Below, in pieces: positions 24,130 through 35,657 of a stretch of DNA of 64,000 nt. The notes under the pieces were generated by a model. That model saw only the letters and a program-made list of their open reading frames with translations, did no database searches and was not told the origin of the DNA. The stretch comes from Octopus vulgaris (taxonomy: Eukaryota). The position numbers were made by a program, and so were the translations under genes. Positions within the stretch are counted from its first letter, which is position 1; every line of letters starts with the position of its first letter. The stretch lies in the NCBI GenBank assembly GCA_951406725.2, contig OX597834.1, forward strand, positions 20,274,001 to 20,338,000, written 5' to 3'.

Positions 24130-24486
24130 TTGGCCATACTGGAGCACCAACTTGAAGTGTTTTTAGTCAAACATAACTCCTATTTCTTATACTTTATCTT
24201 TAAGTCTGGTTCTCTTTTTGATGAACAAAGTTATGGGGACATAAACAAACCAATGCCGGTTGTCAAATGGTGGTGGTGAACACAAACACGAAAACACAAA
24301 CAATGATACACACACGTGACACACATATATGAATACATACGACAGGCTTCTTTTAGTTTCCGTCTATGGAATCTCCTCATAGGATTTTGATCAGTCCAGG
24401 GTTATAGTAGATGACATTTGCCCAGGGTGCCATACAGTGGGACTGAACCCAGAACCATGTGGTTGGGAAGCAGGCTTTCTATCACA
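24130..24486 (-). mobile_element. SINE family A (diverged)
   Basis: ggccatactggagcacc ... gtgggactgaacccagaaccatgtggttgggaagc. Confidence 0.85.
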
Positions 24487-24617
24487 CGTTAAGGAAGAGA
24501 AGTAGGGAGTTATATGGAGCAGACGTGATTGTGAATTGTAACAGGTTGAGCGGTGCAGGATGAAAGTACAAGTGAGAAATTGAGACGGAAAGAGAAAAAG
24601 TAAGAAAGAAGGGAAAG

Positions 24618-24686
<69 letters not shown>

Positions 24687-24984
24687 TTGCAGAATGGTAA
24701 GTAAATGTATATAGTAGGTGTATTTGTAGAATTGGTAAGAAGATTGGCAGGAAAAATTATTAAAAGATTGGTGGAATATAGAAGAGAGAGAGAGAGATAC
24801 GATATATATTGTAGGGAAATTAATAAGTAATGAATGTTTAGGGAAAGAGGGATGAAGTGTGTGTGGGGCGGGGTGGTTCTGTGATGGAGATCAAAAACTA
24901 AAAGCAAATATTGTTAATCATAATATATAGAATATTAAAAATGCGAAAGAGGGCCTGGGAAGGGGAATAAACGGGAAAGGATGA

Positions 24985-25700
24985 GAAGGGGGCAGAGAGA
25001 GAATGGTTGAAATATAGAGGGGAAAGAGAGGAGAGAGAGAATGGTTGAAATATAGAGGGGAAAGAGAGGAGAGAGAGAGAGTGTGAGGCGGAGAGAATGG
25101 TTGAAATATAGAGTGAAAGAGCAAAAGGAAGAGAGAGGGGGCAGAGAGAGAGAATGGTTGAAATATAGGGGGTAAAATTGAGGGAAAGAGAGAGAGGGAG
25201 TGAGTGAGAGGGAGCAGAGAGAGAATGGTTGAAATATAGAGGGGAAAGAGAGAAGGAGAGAGTGGGAGGGGGGAGAGAATGGTTGAAATATAGAGTGAAA
25301 GAGCAAGAGAAAGAGTGAGAGAGAGAGAGTGAGAAGGGGCAGAGAGAGAATGGTTGAAATATAGAGAGAAAGAGCAAGAGAAAGAGAGAGGGGCAGAGAA
25401 AGAATGGTTTAAATATAGAGGGAGAGGGAATGAGTGAGAGGGGGCAGAGAGAAAATGATTGAAATATAGGGGGAGAGAGAGTGAGTGAGAGGGGGCAGAG
25501 AGAGAATGATTGAAATATAGGAGGAAAGAAAGAAAGAGAGAGTGAGAGGGGGGAGAGAATGGTTGAAATATAGAGTGAAAGTAAGGAAAAGAAATAGAAG
25601 GTGAGAGAGAGGAAATGATAGAAACAGAGGAAAGAGAGAGAGAAAAAATGATAGCAGAAGCATTGGGTGAAAGAGAGGCGAGAAGAATGGTTGAAATATT
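24985..25700. repeat. Purine-rich minisatellite with a conserved core and variable GA spacers
   Basis: About 12 copies of gagaatg(g/a)ttgaaatata(g). Confidence 0.9.
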
Positions 25701-26564
25701 GGGTAAAAGAGTAAGAGGAAAGAGAGAGAGAGTGAGAGAGTGAGAGAGATAATAGAAATATAGAATGAAAGAGAGTGACAGAGAGAGAAAGAGAGAGAGA
25801 GAACGATAGAAACAGAGAGAGAAAGAGAGAAAGGAAAAGAAAAAGTGCAGCGATAATGGCAGTGTGGTGGTGGCGTGGTGGTTGGGGTTGGGGGGTTGTC
25901 ATAGAGAATATAACTTGAAGATTGATATAGTTAAAGATATGTGTGTATGTTTGTGTGTGTGTAGCTGAGAGCATGTCTGCATGCGTATCTGTGTGTGTGT
26001 GTGTGAGTGTATTTTTGTATGTATCTATGCTTCCATGTGTGTGTGTGTATGTATTTATGTATGTATCTATGCTTCCATGTGTGTGTGTATGTATTTATGT
26101 ATGTATCTGTGCTTCCGTGTGTGTGTGTGTGTGTGTATGTATTTATGTATGTATCTATGCTTCCATGTGTGTGTGTGTGTGTGTGAGTGAGTGTGTGTCA
26201 GCGCAAATAAGAAATGATAATATAAGAGAGTGCACATTTGATGGTTGGTGTTGTACATGAAGAGAGAGAGAGGGGGGTGGATAGAAGGGTGAGTCGGAGG
26301 GAGGGTGGAGGGTGGGAATATTAAAGTGCATAACTGAAATTAATGGAGTGTAGAAAATGAGAGGTTTATATTGAAATGGGGTGCACCTCATTTTCTGTAC
26401 ATCTGTAGAGAGGTGTGCCAGTGTGTGTGGTGTGTATTTACATGTGCGTATGCATGTATGAAATATGTGTTTGCCCATATAGTGGATTTGCGACATATAC
26501 ATACTTACACACATACACATACACACACATATATAAATATATAGATAATGAAAAATCTGTATGT

Positions 26565-26812
26565 GTATCTATTTATCTACCTATCATTCTATCTATCTAG
26601 CTATTTGTCTGTCTGTCTGGCTATTTGTTTGTCCATCTGTCTGTCCACATTCCTACCTACCTATCTACCTACATACCTACTTGCCTATCTATCTACCTAC
26701 CCATGTACCTATCTATCTACCTATCTCTTTATCTCTCTATCTATCTATGTATATATCAATCCATCTTTCTATAATATGTCTATCTATCCATCTGTCTATC
26801 TTTCTATGTCTT

Positions 26813-26869
<57 letters not shown>

Positions 26870-26926
26870 ATATGTGTATATCTGTCTGTCTATCCATTTA
26901 TCATTCTATATGTATGTATGCATGCA

Positions 26927-27000
<74 letters not shown>

Positions 27001-27040
27001 CGTGTGTATATCTATCTATCTATATATTATTTATCTATAT
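26565..27040. repeat. (TATC)n/(TGTC)n/(TACC)n microsatellite
   Basis: Direct inspection. Confidence 0.92.
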
Positions 27041-27114
27041 TTGTGTGTGTGTGTGTATGTGTGGATACACATAAAGATTTTCCTCCATATGTCTTTCTGT
27101 ACGTACACTCATGC

Positions 27115-27790
27115 ATGCGTGGTTAAGAAGTTTGCTTCCTTACCCAGTAACTTCAGGTTCAGTCCTACTGCACAGCACTTTTGACAAATGTCCTTTACAA
27201 TAACCTCATGCCTTGCCAATTACTTGTGAGTGAATTTGGTGAAAGGAAACTATGCAGAAGCCCATAGTATACCCGTGTGTGCGTTTTTACATGTTTCTGG
27301 CTGTTGGTATTTTTCACAACTTGACAACTGGTGTTGGTTTATTTATGTCCCTGTAACTTAGAAGTGTAACAAAAACAGGAATATCGAACCAGTACAAGGC
27401 TTGGAAAATAACTCTAGGGTTAATTTGATCATCTAGGCCAATGGTTCTCAAAGTGGGCAGTGTTGCCCCCCTGGGGGCAGTGGAAAGTTCCAAGAGGGCA
27501 TTGAAGAAAACTGGGGTGATAATGGGGTGGCAATTCATGTAAAAACAACAAAATAATGGGTTTATTAGGTTAAGTTTTATTTGTGAAATACAGTTGCTTT
27601 GGATTTGCTTCAGAAAGGGGTCTATGTTTGTGATGGTTAGTTGGGGTGGGGGCACTAGGAATGTGGCCTGGGTGTCAAAGGGGCAGCAGCCCGAAAAGTC
27701 TGGGAATCACTGATGTAGACCCCTCATGGTGGTGCTCCAGCATGGTTGCTATTCTGTGGCTACAAAAAAAAAATAGCAAAAGAATTAAAG
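27115..27790 (+). mobile_element. Old SINE family A copy interrupted by a hAT MITE
   Basis: Head gtggttaagaagtttgct...ggttcagtcctactg. The 3' part ggtggtgctccagcatgg resumes after 27720. Confidence 0.75.
27439..27712. mobile_element. hAT (Charlie-like) MITE
   Basis: Termini CAATGGTTCTCA ... TGGGAATCACTG with degenerate 8-bp TSDs atctaggc and atgtagac (NTCTAGAN-type target). Confidence 0.75.
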
Positions 27791-27869
27791 AACTAAAGAA
27801 TATCTTTATGTTGAAGAAACTGAAGTGCTCAATATAGAACAGCAAAAACATCAACAACAATAATAATAA

Positions 27870-28100
27870 TGGTTTCAAATTTTGGCACAAGGCCAGCAAT
27901 TTCGGAGAAGGTGGCAAGTTGATTATATCGACCCCAGTACTCAACTGATGCTTAGCTTATTGACCCCAGAAGGATGAAAGGCAAAGTTGACCTCTGCAGA
28001 ATTTGAACTCAGAAAGTGCAGACAGATGAAATGCCTCTAAGCATTATTCCTGGTGTGCTAACGATTCTGCCAGCTTGGCACCTTAACAGTAGTAGTAGTA

Positions 28101-28157
<57 letters not shown>

Positions 28158-28446
28158 GTTTCAAATTTTGCCACAAGGGCAACAATTTGTGGGTAGGGGA
28201 TGAGTCAATTACATCAACCCCAGTGTGTAACTGGTACTTACTTTATCAACCCCGAAAGGATGGAAGGCAAAGTCAACCTCAGCGGACTTTGAACCCAGAG
28301 ATAATAAACCTTTCTTCTGTAGGCACAAATCCTGAAATTTTGTGGGTGGGAGATAGCCAATTTCGTTGACCCCAGTGTATGACTGGTTTTATTTTATTAA
28401 CCCTGAAAGGACGAAAGGCAAGGTCAACCTCAATGGAATTTGAACC
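27870..28446 (-). mobile_element. Cluster of three SINE family B copies or fragments among (AAT)n tracts
   Basis: gaaagg(a)..gaaaggcaaagt(c/t)(a/g)acctc recurs at ~27970, 28255 and 28405. Confidence 0.85.
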
Positions 28447-28478
<32 letters not shown>

Positions 28479-28912
28479 TGATGATGATGATACGAACCAA
28501 TATACATTCAAGGATGTTCACATAACTTACACATGGAAATATAAATGTTAATAATGATAATATATTAAAATAACCATTGAACAGATGTATAAAAAATAAT
28601 GTTATTAACATCATTTTCAAAATTGATAGGCATTTCAGTATTGTAATTCATATTTTCTTGTATTTTGCATACATATATTTAAATATTTATTAGATTTCAA
28701 CACATACATGTGTGTGTATGTGTACATATGAATATATATATATATATAGACAGATGCAATTAGAAACTTAAAGATTTGGATAGAAATCTTGTAGAATGCC
28801 ATGCAAAGCCCATCCATAGTTATTGGCTACCTGGTGTCATCACACAGTGGTAATGCTCCTGCTACTGGTAAGCAAGCCAAGATTCTCGCTGATCAGAAGG
28901 CTATTTCATCAT

Positions 28913-29297
28913 TGGAAGCACTCCGTCGGTTCCGACGACGAGGGTTACGGTTGATCCGATCAACGGAACAGCCTGCTCGTGAAATTAACGTGTCAGTGGC
29001 TGAGCACTCCACAGACACGCGTACCCTTAACGTAGTTCTCGAGGATATTCAGCGTGACACAGAGAGTGACAAGGCCGGCCCTTTGAAATACAGGTACAAC
29101 AGAAACAGGAAGTAAGAGTGAGAGAAAGTTGTGGTGAAAGAGTACAGCAGGGATCACCACCATCCCCTGCTGGTGCCTCGTGGAGCTTTAGGTGTTTTCG
29201 CTCAATAAACACTCACAACGCCCGGTCTGGGAATCGAAACCGCGATCCTACGACCGCGAGTCCGCTGCCCTAACCGCTAGGCCATTGCGCCTCCACA
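28913..29297 (-). mobile_element. tRNA(Arg)-like SINE, family C, tail Y, with target-site duplication
   Basis: tRNA-like head on the minus strand, CpGs retained, and an 11-bp TSD tatttcatcat at 28902-28912 and 29298-29308. Confidence 0.93.
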
Positions 29298-30073
29298 TAT
29301 TTCATCATACAGCTGTGTGGACTGTGAAATCAAGTGCTTTGCTCAAGAACCACAATGTTTGAGAATTGAAACCACGATCTCACAATCTCAGGTACAACAC
29401 CTCAGACCACTAGGCCACATGCATTCCCAATTATCATAATGAAACTAATAATGATGGTGATTGTGGTGAGGATGATGATGATGGTGATGCTGCTGGAAAC
29501 AAAGACAGATCATTAGTGCGTTTTGTGTGTCCAGTCAGTGAACGTTGCAATGAAGATTTTGGTCTTCGTTTCTGTGGATGGTTCTAATTCAATTCTCTTT
29601 GTAATCTTGACATGTATATGGTGAATGTGGATTACGCAGGATTTCCTTTAGCGTTCCCTGATAAAGATGTACAGATACGGAAGATTGGTGGAAGGTGTAT
29701 GCAATTATATATATATATGTGTGTGTATGTATACTTACAAACATACATATATAACATATTTACTCATATATATATATTTGCATATATATATATATGTGTG
29801 TATGTGTGTGTGTGAGTGTGTTTATATATATACATATATACATATATATATGGAAAGCGGATGCTAAATGATGATGATGATGATATACAAGCATGTTTCA
29901 TTACATATGCTTACATGCACCTGTATGCATATATATGTATGTTTATTTACACATACACACACACACACATATATGCATATGTATACTTTCATAGGTGTGT
30001 ATATATATATTACATACATATGTGTATATACTTACATATACAAATTTATGTATGTATATACATGTGTATATAT

Positions 30074-30117
<44 letters not shown>

Positions 30118-30151
30118 ATAGAATGAACATATATGTGTGTGTGCGTGAGTG

Positions 30152-30194
<43 letters not shown>

Positions 30195-30504
30195 ACGTAT
30201 ACTCTGATATGCTTGTATTTCATTTTACATTTTCAAAATATGGAATGTTCGTCGCACAAGGAAAGTAGATTACATACTTCTATACTTCTGTGCCTCTCTA
30301 ATAAAACCATTAATTGGCGTCTAGTTCTCTGCTACTATCTATAGAATTCTTCATGAATTCAGTGTAGAAATCTCCAAGACAGACTCTATCTGACAATACT
30401 ACTTGGCATTGTCTGTTTCCCAATTTTTACAGATTTTGGAAGCACATGCCAAATTCTAAAGAAATTCTTCACAGCTAAATTATGGAAATTTTCAATTAGA
30501 AATT

Positions 30505-30830
30505 AGCAGTGGTGAAAGCAACAGTAGTGGTGAAAGCAATAGTAGTAGTAGTCGTGGTAGTAGTAGTAGTAGTAGTAATATTGATGGTGGTTGTGGTGGT
30601 GGTTGTTGTAATGGATGTGGTATTAGTAGTCAAGGTGGTTTTGATTGTAGTGGTGGATGTAGTAGTAGTAGTAATAATGGTGTTGGTAGTGGTGGTGGTG
30701 GTGATTGCAGTGGCATTAGTAGTAGTGGTAGTGGTGGTAGCAATCGTGGTAATAGTCGTAGTAGTAGTTGTAGTAATGTTGGTTGTGGTGGTGTTTGTAA
30801 TGGAGGTGGTGGTAGTAGTAGTAGTAGTCA
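30505..30830. repeat. Degenerate (GTA/GTG)n trinucleotide tract
   Basis: Direct inspection. Confidence 0.88.
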
Positions 30831-31035
30831 ATAGTTTTATTGAAAAGTTTGCAAGATGCAAAGAAAATTTTTAGAAAAATAAAAAAGAAACAAGTGGAAA
30901 TTTTACCGGTGAGTTGTTAAATTATAAGACACCAAAAGAAAATGACTCTCCCCAGACACAAACAGAATATGCTTCAACACACAAACTCACATAAAGAATC
31001 TTGCAAACCAAATCCAAAAACGAAATAGAATTTCA
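30828..31035. repeat. Unclassified interspersed repeat (other pieces at 6340-6370, 8510-8570, 35665-36030)
   Basis: Shared gtggaaattttaccggtgag ... gactctccccagacaca ... cacataaagaatcttgcaaacca. Confidence 0.8.
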
Positions 31036-31167
31036 GTAACTTTTGGAAAACCGATTATAACAGTCACTCGATCAATTCCTAGCAATATCTGAAGAAGGAA
31101 CTTTTGTATTCCCAAACATTATCATTATATCAGACTAAGGATAATTAAATTATAACAGTTATTATAT

Positions 31168-31398
31168 GTTTCTTTACTACCCACAAGGGGCTAAACATAG
31201 AGGGGACAAACAAGGACAGACAAACGGATTAAGTCGATTACATCGACCCCAGTGCGTAACTGGCACTTAATTTATCATCCCCGAAAGGATGAAAGGCAAA
31301 GTCGACCTCGGTGGAATTTGAACTCAGAACATTACGGCAGATTAAATACGGCTACGCATTTCGCCCGGTGTGCTAACGATTCAGCCAGCTCGCCGCCT
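31168..31398 (-). mobile_element. SINE family B, full length, with TSD
   Basis: Minus-strand head ggcggcgagctggc...GAGTTCAAATTC and central gcctttcatcctttcgggg..gataaa (resembles the Meta/MESC SINE domain, from memory). TSD taacagttattat at 31153-31165 and 31401-31413. Confidence 0.93.
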
Positions 31399-31495
31399 TT
31401 TAACAGTTATTATGGTCCACTCTGCATTATTGTACCATTCAAGACACATATTATAATCTAAATTAAAACCATCCACCAAAGTTTGATGTTAATTT

Positions 31496-31796
31496 ATAGA
31501 GGACAAACTAGGGCAGACAAACAGATTAAGTCGATTACATCGACCCCAATGCGTAACTGGTACTTAATTTATCGACCCCCGAAAGGATGAAAGGCAAAGT
31601 CGACCTTGGCGGAATTTGAACTCAGAACATAACGGCAGATTAAATACGGCTACGCATTTCGCCCGGCGTGCTAACGATTCAGCCAGCTCACCGCCTTATA
31701 ACAGTTATTATGGTCCACTCTGCATTATTGTGCCAGTCAAGATATATTTTATAATCTAAATTAAAACCATCCACCAAAGTTTGATGTTCATTTATG
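31496..31796. repeat. ~300-bp tandem duplication of 31197-31497
   Basis: Both the SINE B 5' part and its flank (ggtccactctgcattattgt...aagtttgatgtt) are repeated. Confidence 0.92.
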
Positions 31797-32073
31797 TTCC
31801 AAACACCAACTTTCACTATATTCTTCATTATTTTTCAATTATTTCACTATATTCCTCATTATTTTCAAAATTAATTACAACAATAGCAGTGTGTGTTAAC
31901 ATTATTATGCTACTGAGACAGTTCAAGTGGATCCTTCACTGTGTTTTATAGAATGGAAAACGTTTGAAACAGACCTTCTGGTTCTTTGTCTACCAACTTC
32001 AAAATTCTTTAATTTTTTTTATAACATCTTACCTGAGGCTACCTCAAGTACTGATAAAAATTTTCTGTTTTAA

Positions 32074-32292
32074 CTCTTTAGTATTTAAACTGGCCATATC
32101 CGGCCAAAATAGCTAATCTGTTTTATGTTCAAACTGACCAGATCCAGGCTCTCACACCTACCCTACAATGTTATTCTATATTAAGTAATTACACCATCAA
32201 CATCTTGAAGATATGAGATAATGTATGATTAATTCAACTCAATGTGAATCAATAAGCATTATGTTTGATAGAATAATCTGAACACTAAAGGG
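32074..32292. mobile_element. piggyBac-like MITE (second family) nested in a host TTAA-MITE
   Basis: TTAA|CTCTTTAG ... CTAAAGGG|TTAA. A reverse-complement copy lies at 51280-51499. Confidence 0.8.
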
Positions 32293-32569
32293 TTAAAGGG
32301 ATCTAAATAATACCATCAAAATTTTATGTTAATCTTTTTGCATTTCAACAGAAATATGGTAACAAAAGGGTTAATGTCATCCAAATTAAAAACATTTCAC
32401 CAAAATTTTATATTAATTCATGCCCCAAACACCAGCTGAAATTACGGCAGTTATTTTATTGAATTCTTCATTATTATCAAAATGAATTGAAACAAAGACA
32501 ATGTATTTCAACTGTTCCTGGTTCTGTGATACAAACTTTCTGTTTAAAAGTAATCTAAATTATACGCTT

Positions 32570-32785
32570 TTACTTGTTTCAGTCATTTGACTGCGGCCAT
32601 GCTGGAGCACTGCATTTAGCTGAACAAATTGACCCCAGAATATTTTTCTTTGTAAGACTAGTTCTTATTCTATTGGTCTCTTTTGCTGAACCGCTAAGTT
32701 ACGGGGACATAAACACACCAGCATCAGTTGTCAAGCAATGGTGGGAAGGCAAACACAGACAAACAGACACACACACACACACAGG
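32570..32785 (-). mobile_element. SINE family A, 3' part
   Basis: tacttgtttcagtcatttgactgcggccatgctggagcac ... acaaacagacac. Confidence 0.88.
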
Positions 32786-32937
32786 TTTTCGCAAGCAGAG
32801 TTTAGTGACTGACCAAGGAAGGAAAAGGTATGCATAAGCGGGCTGGTTACGCTCCTGGCATAAGCCACAGGTTATGGTCTCATTTGGCTTGCCAGGTCTT
32901 CTCAAGCACAGCACATGTATATATATATATGATGATG

Positions 32938-32971
<34 letters not shown>

Positions 32972-33025
32972 ATATACACACATAGTTCTACATACAAACA
33001 TAAATAAACATGTGAGTTAATTAAG

Positions 33026-33056
<31 letters not shown>

Positions 33057-35121
33057 TGCACACACTTACACACACATATATAGAAACATGTTTGCATACA
33101 TGTATACATATATCTACATGTGAGTGTGTGTGCATGTGTAATATATATATGTATTATTCAGTTTACATATTACCCCAGACACACATACATGCACACACAG
33201 GCACACAGGCCTGGTATACATAATGAAACATTACTACACACTTCACTAAAGATGGACCCTCTATATTGTCAGTCATTTTGCTAAAAGTAGCAGGTAACTC
33301 TCTCTTAAAATATACTCAATTCTCTTAAAAAGGAATAAATTGAATAATGTAATCCTAGATTCCTTGTGCAGAGGGAAAAACAAGGATGGGCGTGGTTGGA
33401 ATGTCTGTGATCCATAGGCCTTTCCAATCAGGGATGGCTGATTTTAGGGGGAAAATACCCACCCCCTGATAATAAAATGACGCCACAGTACCCCACAGCA
33501 ACTCACTTAATTCCGCAGTTTCCAGCTACTGCTGTCCACCCGCCCACCCTCTTCGCTAAGATGTCATATCGGACATGGAATGAAATCTGCGCAAAAATGA
33601 TTGCTCATGCATCTGATCTATTATTTAATATTTAACTATTCACTTGCCAGCCATTCTTAATTGAATTTGAGGAAACTGGAGACCAGTTGATTTCATATTA
33701 CCAATTTATTTGACAAAGTTCCTTTTTTTTTTTTTCCTTCTTCTTCTTCTTGTGTTTTTCTGGTTTTTTTTAAAAATTTCTTTGCTTTCTCACTGCTTCC
33801 CCCCCCCCTACACTGTACCCATCACTAACCACCCGCAATTCTTTGTCGGAGAAGTTGTGTAAATAAACTCTTCTTTTGCCTCCGTTCCCGTCCGACCTTC
33901 CCCTTTCGTATCCAAATTGTCCTGCAAACAATGGTCGGCTAGATTAAGGCAGATGTCTCTCTTGAGTAATCTGTTTAAATATTTATGCTACGGAGAAGAT
34001 GCTCTTAAACGATTTTTCTTAATCGACGCATCTTATTGACGGACAGCTGTCCTGTCCTGTCTGTGAACTTATTTGATGCGGAGTGTTAGGAAGGATGTCA
34101 GCAGCATTATTCAGGATGCTGGCGGAAGAAAAAAAAAAAGAAAAAAACTCTTGCTTTTTGTTTTCTTCCTGACTTTTGTTTTAATTATTTATTTTTTGTG
34201 AATCTATGCATGGATGTGTGTGTGTGTGTGTGTGTGTGTGATCAGTTAGCTGTGATTTGTAAGAAAAGGAAAAAAGCCTCAAATTTCGCGAGGTGGGTGG
34301 GAGGAAGACTTGCTTTGTTATTGTTCTCCTCCCCTTCCTCCCCCTCTTCATATTTTCTGTATTTGTGGATGGAGGAACTTAACTATATTCTCATTGTTGT
34401 TTTTGTTCTTCTTCTGCTCCTCATCCTCCTTCTCCTTCTGACTCTCTCTTCCTCCTGCCTTCCTTCTCCCCCTCTTCATCTTTCTCCTCCCTTCCTTCTC
34501 CTCCTCTTGCTTTCCAGCTTATCCTCCTTCCTTCCTTCCTCCTGTCTCCTTCTTTCTCCTCCCTTCCTGCCTTTCTTCTTTCCTTCCTTCCTCCTCCTCC
34601 TCCTTCTTCCATTTCACATCGTCTGTAACATAAAAGAAATGGAAACAGTATAAACCACCCCATACACACCCAGTCCGCAACAGTACAGACAACACCCGTG
34701 TTTCCATATTTCTGAAGAATTTCATTCCTCAGAATCTCACCCTTTAACAAAGAATTTCATAATCAAAAAGACCCCAAAACTTATTTTCCCCTTGACTTCC
34801 TCATAACATGGAAACTAACGAGAAAACAGGTTTCATGTTCTAGAACTCCACAGTACAGCAAAATTTTCAGGAACTTTGCATCTCTGTAATGTAGAAGATG
34901 CCTGTTGCATAACTGGTACTTTATTTTACCACCCCTCCCATCTCCACCTGAAGAACGAATGCCTAAGTTCACCTTGGTGAAACTTAAATGTTAGACATCA
35001 ATGAACAAGTTACTGTTATAGAACCTTCTGGAATTTGATAGAATTTAAAGAAGATTAAAAGACAAAAAGCAAAATCCATTGTTATTGTTAGAATTACTAG
35101 AATTTCAGACAAACTACAGAC

Positions 35122-35404
35122 GGGCATATGGCATAGTGGTTAAGAGCATGGGCTACTAACCCCAAGATTCTTAGTTCGATTCCAGGCAGTGACCTGAATA
35201 ATAATAATGATAATAATAATAATAATAATAATGATATCAAAAAATACCTTAGGAATGAGAATCCAGGTTCGAAATTTCCCCAAGACACCTGATGAAGGCT
35301 GGAGGGTATATCAGCTGAAACGTGTTAACAACAAGCAAGATGAGGACAAGTATCCGTTGAATGTAAATAATGTATATGATTCCTCATCTCTTAAATATAG
35401 AACT
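35122..35404 (+). mobile_element. tRNA-headed element with an (AAT)n linker and a hammerhead-like core
   Basis: A box TGGCATAGTGG and B box GTTCGATTCC (35174-35183), then GACAC CTGATGA a GGCTG gagggtatat CAGCT GAAA c GTGTT (35284-35326). Confidence 0.6.
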
Positions 35405-35429
35405 GTATCTACAGACCTCTTAAACCATA

Positions 35430-35657
35430 ATTGTTTAATGTTTGTTTTCCATGGTGGCATGGGTTGGATGGTTTGACCACAGTTGGCAAGCTGGGGAGCT
35501 GCACCAGGCTCCAAGTGTCAATTCTGGCATGGTTTCTACTGCTGGATGCCTTTCCTAATGCTAACCACTTTACATACTGGCTGCTTTTTACATGGCACCA
35601 GCACAGGTGCTTTTACTATGGCTCTGACACAGGTACTTTTTACATGCCACTAGCACA
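35430..35657 (-). mobile_element. Family D element (diverged)
   Basis: ttccatggtggcatgggttggatggttt ... gctggatgcctttcctaatgctaaccac. Confidence 0.8.

Noticed and set aside
24898-25974. 358-aa minus-strand ORF with repeated YFNHS/IFQPF; also CRISPR-like appearance
   Set aside because: Product of a GA-rich minisatellite. The spacers are not unique, there are no cas genes, and the context is eukaryotic.
29220-29295. Functional tRNA-Arg gene (also tRNA-like heads at 1563, 6013, 35122)
   Set aside because: They lack a proper acceptor stem and continue into repeat bodies, so they are SINE heads.
31085-31125. Hammerhead-like CTGAAGA a GGAA...TTCC CAAA
   Set aside because: The catalytic G12 is replaced and helices I and III are unconvincing. 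Possibly a decayed copy, but not supportable.
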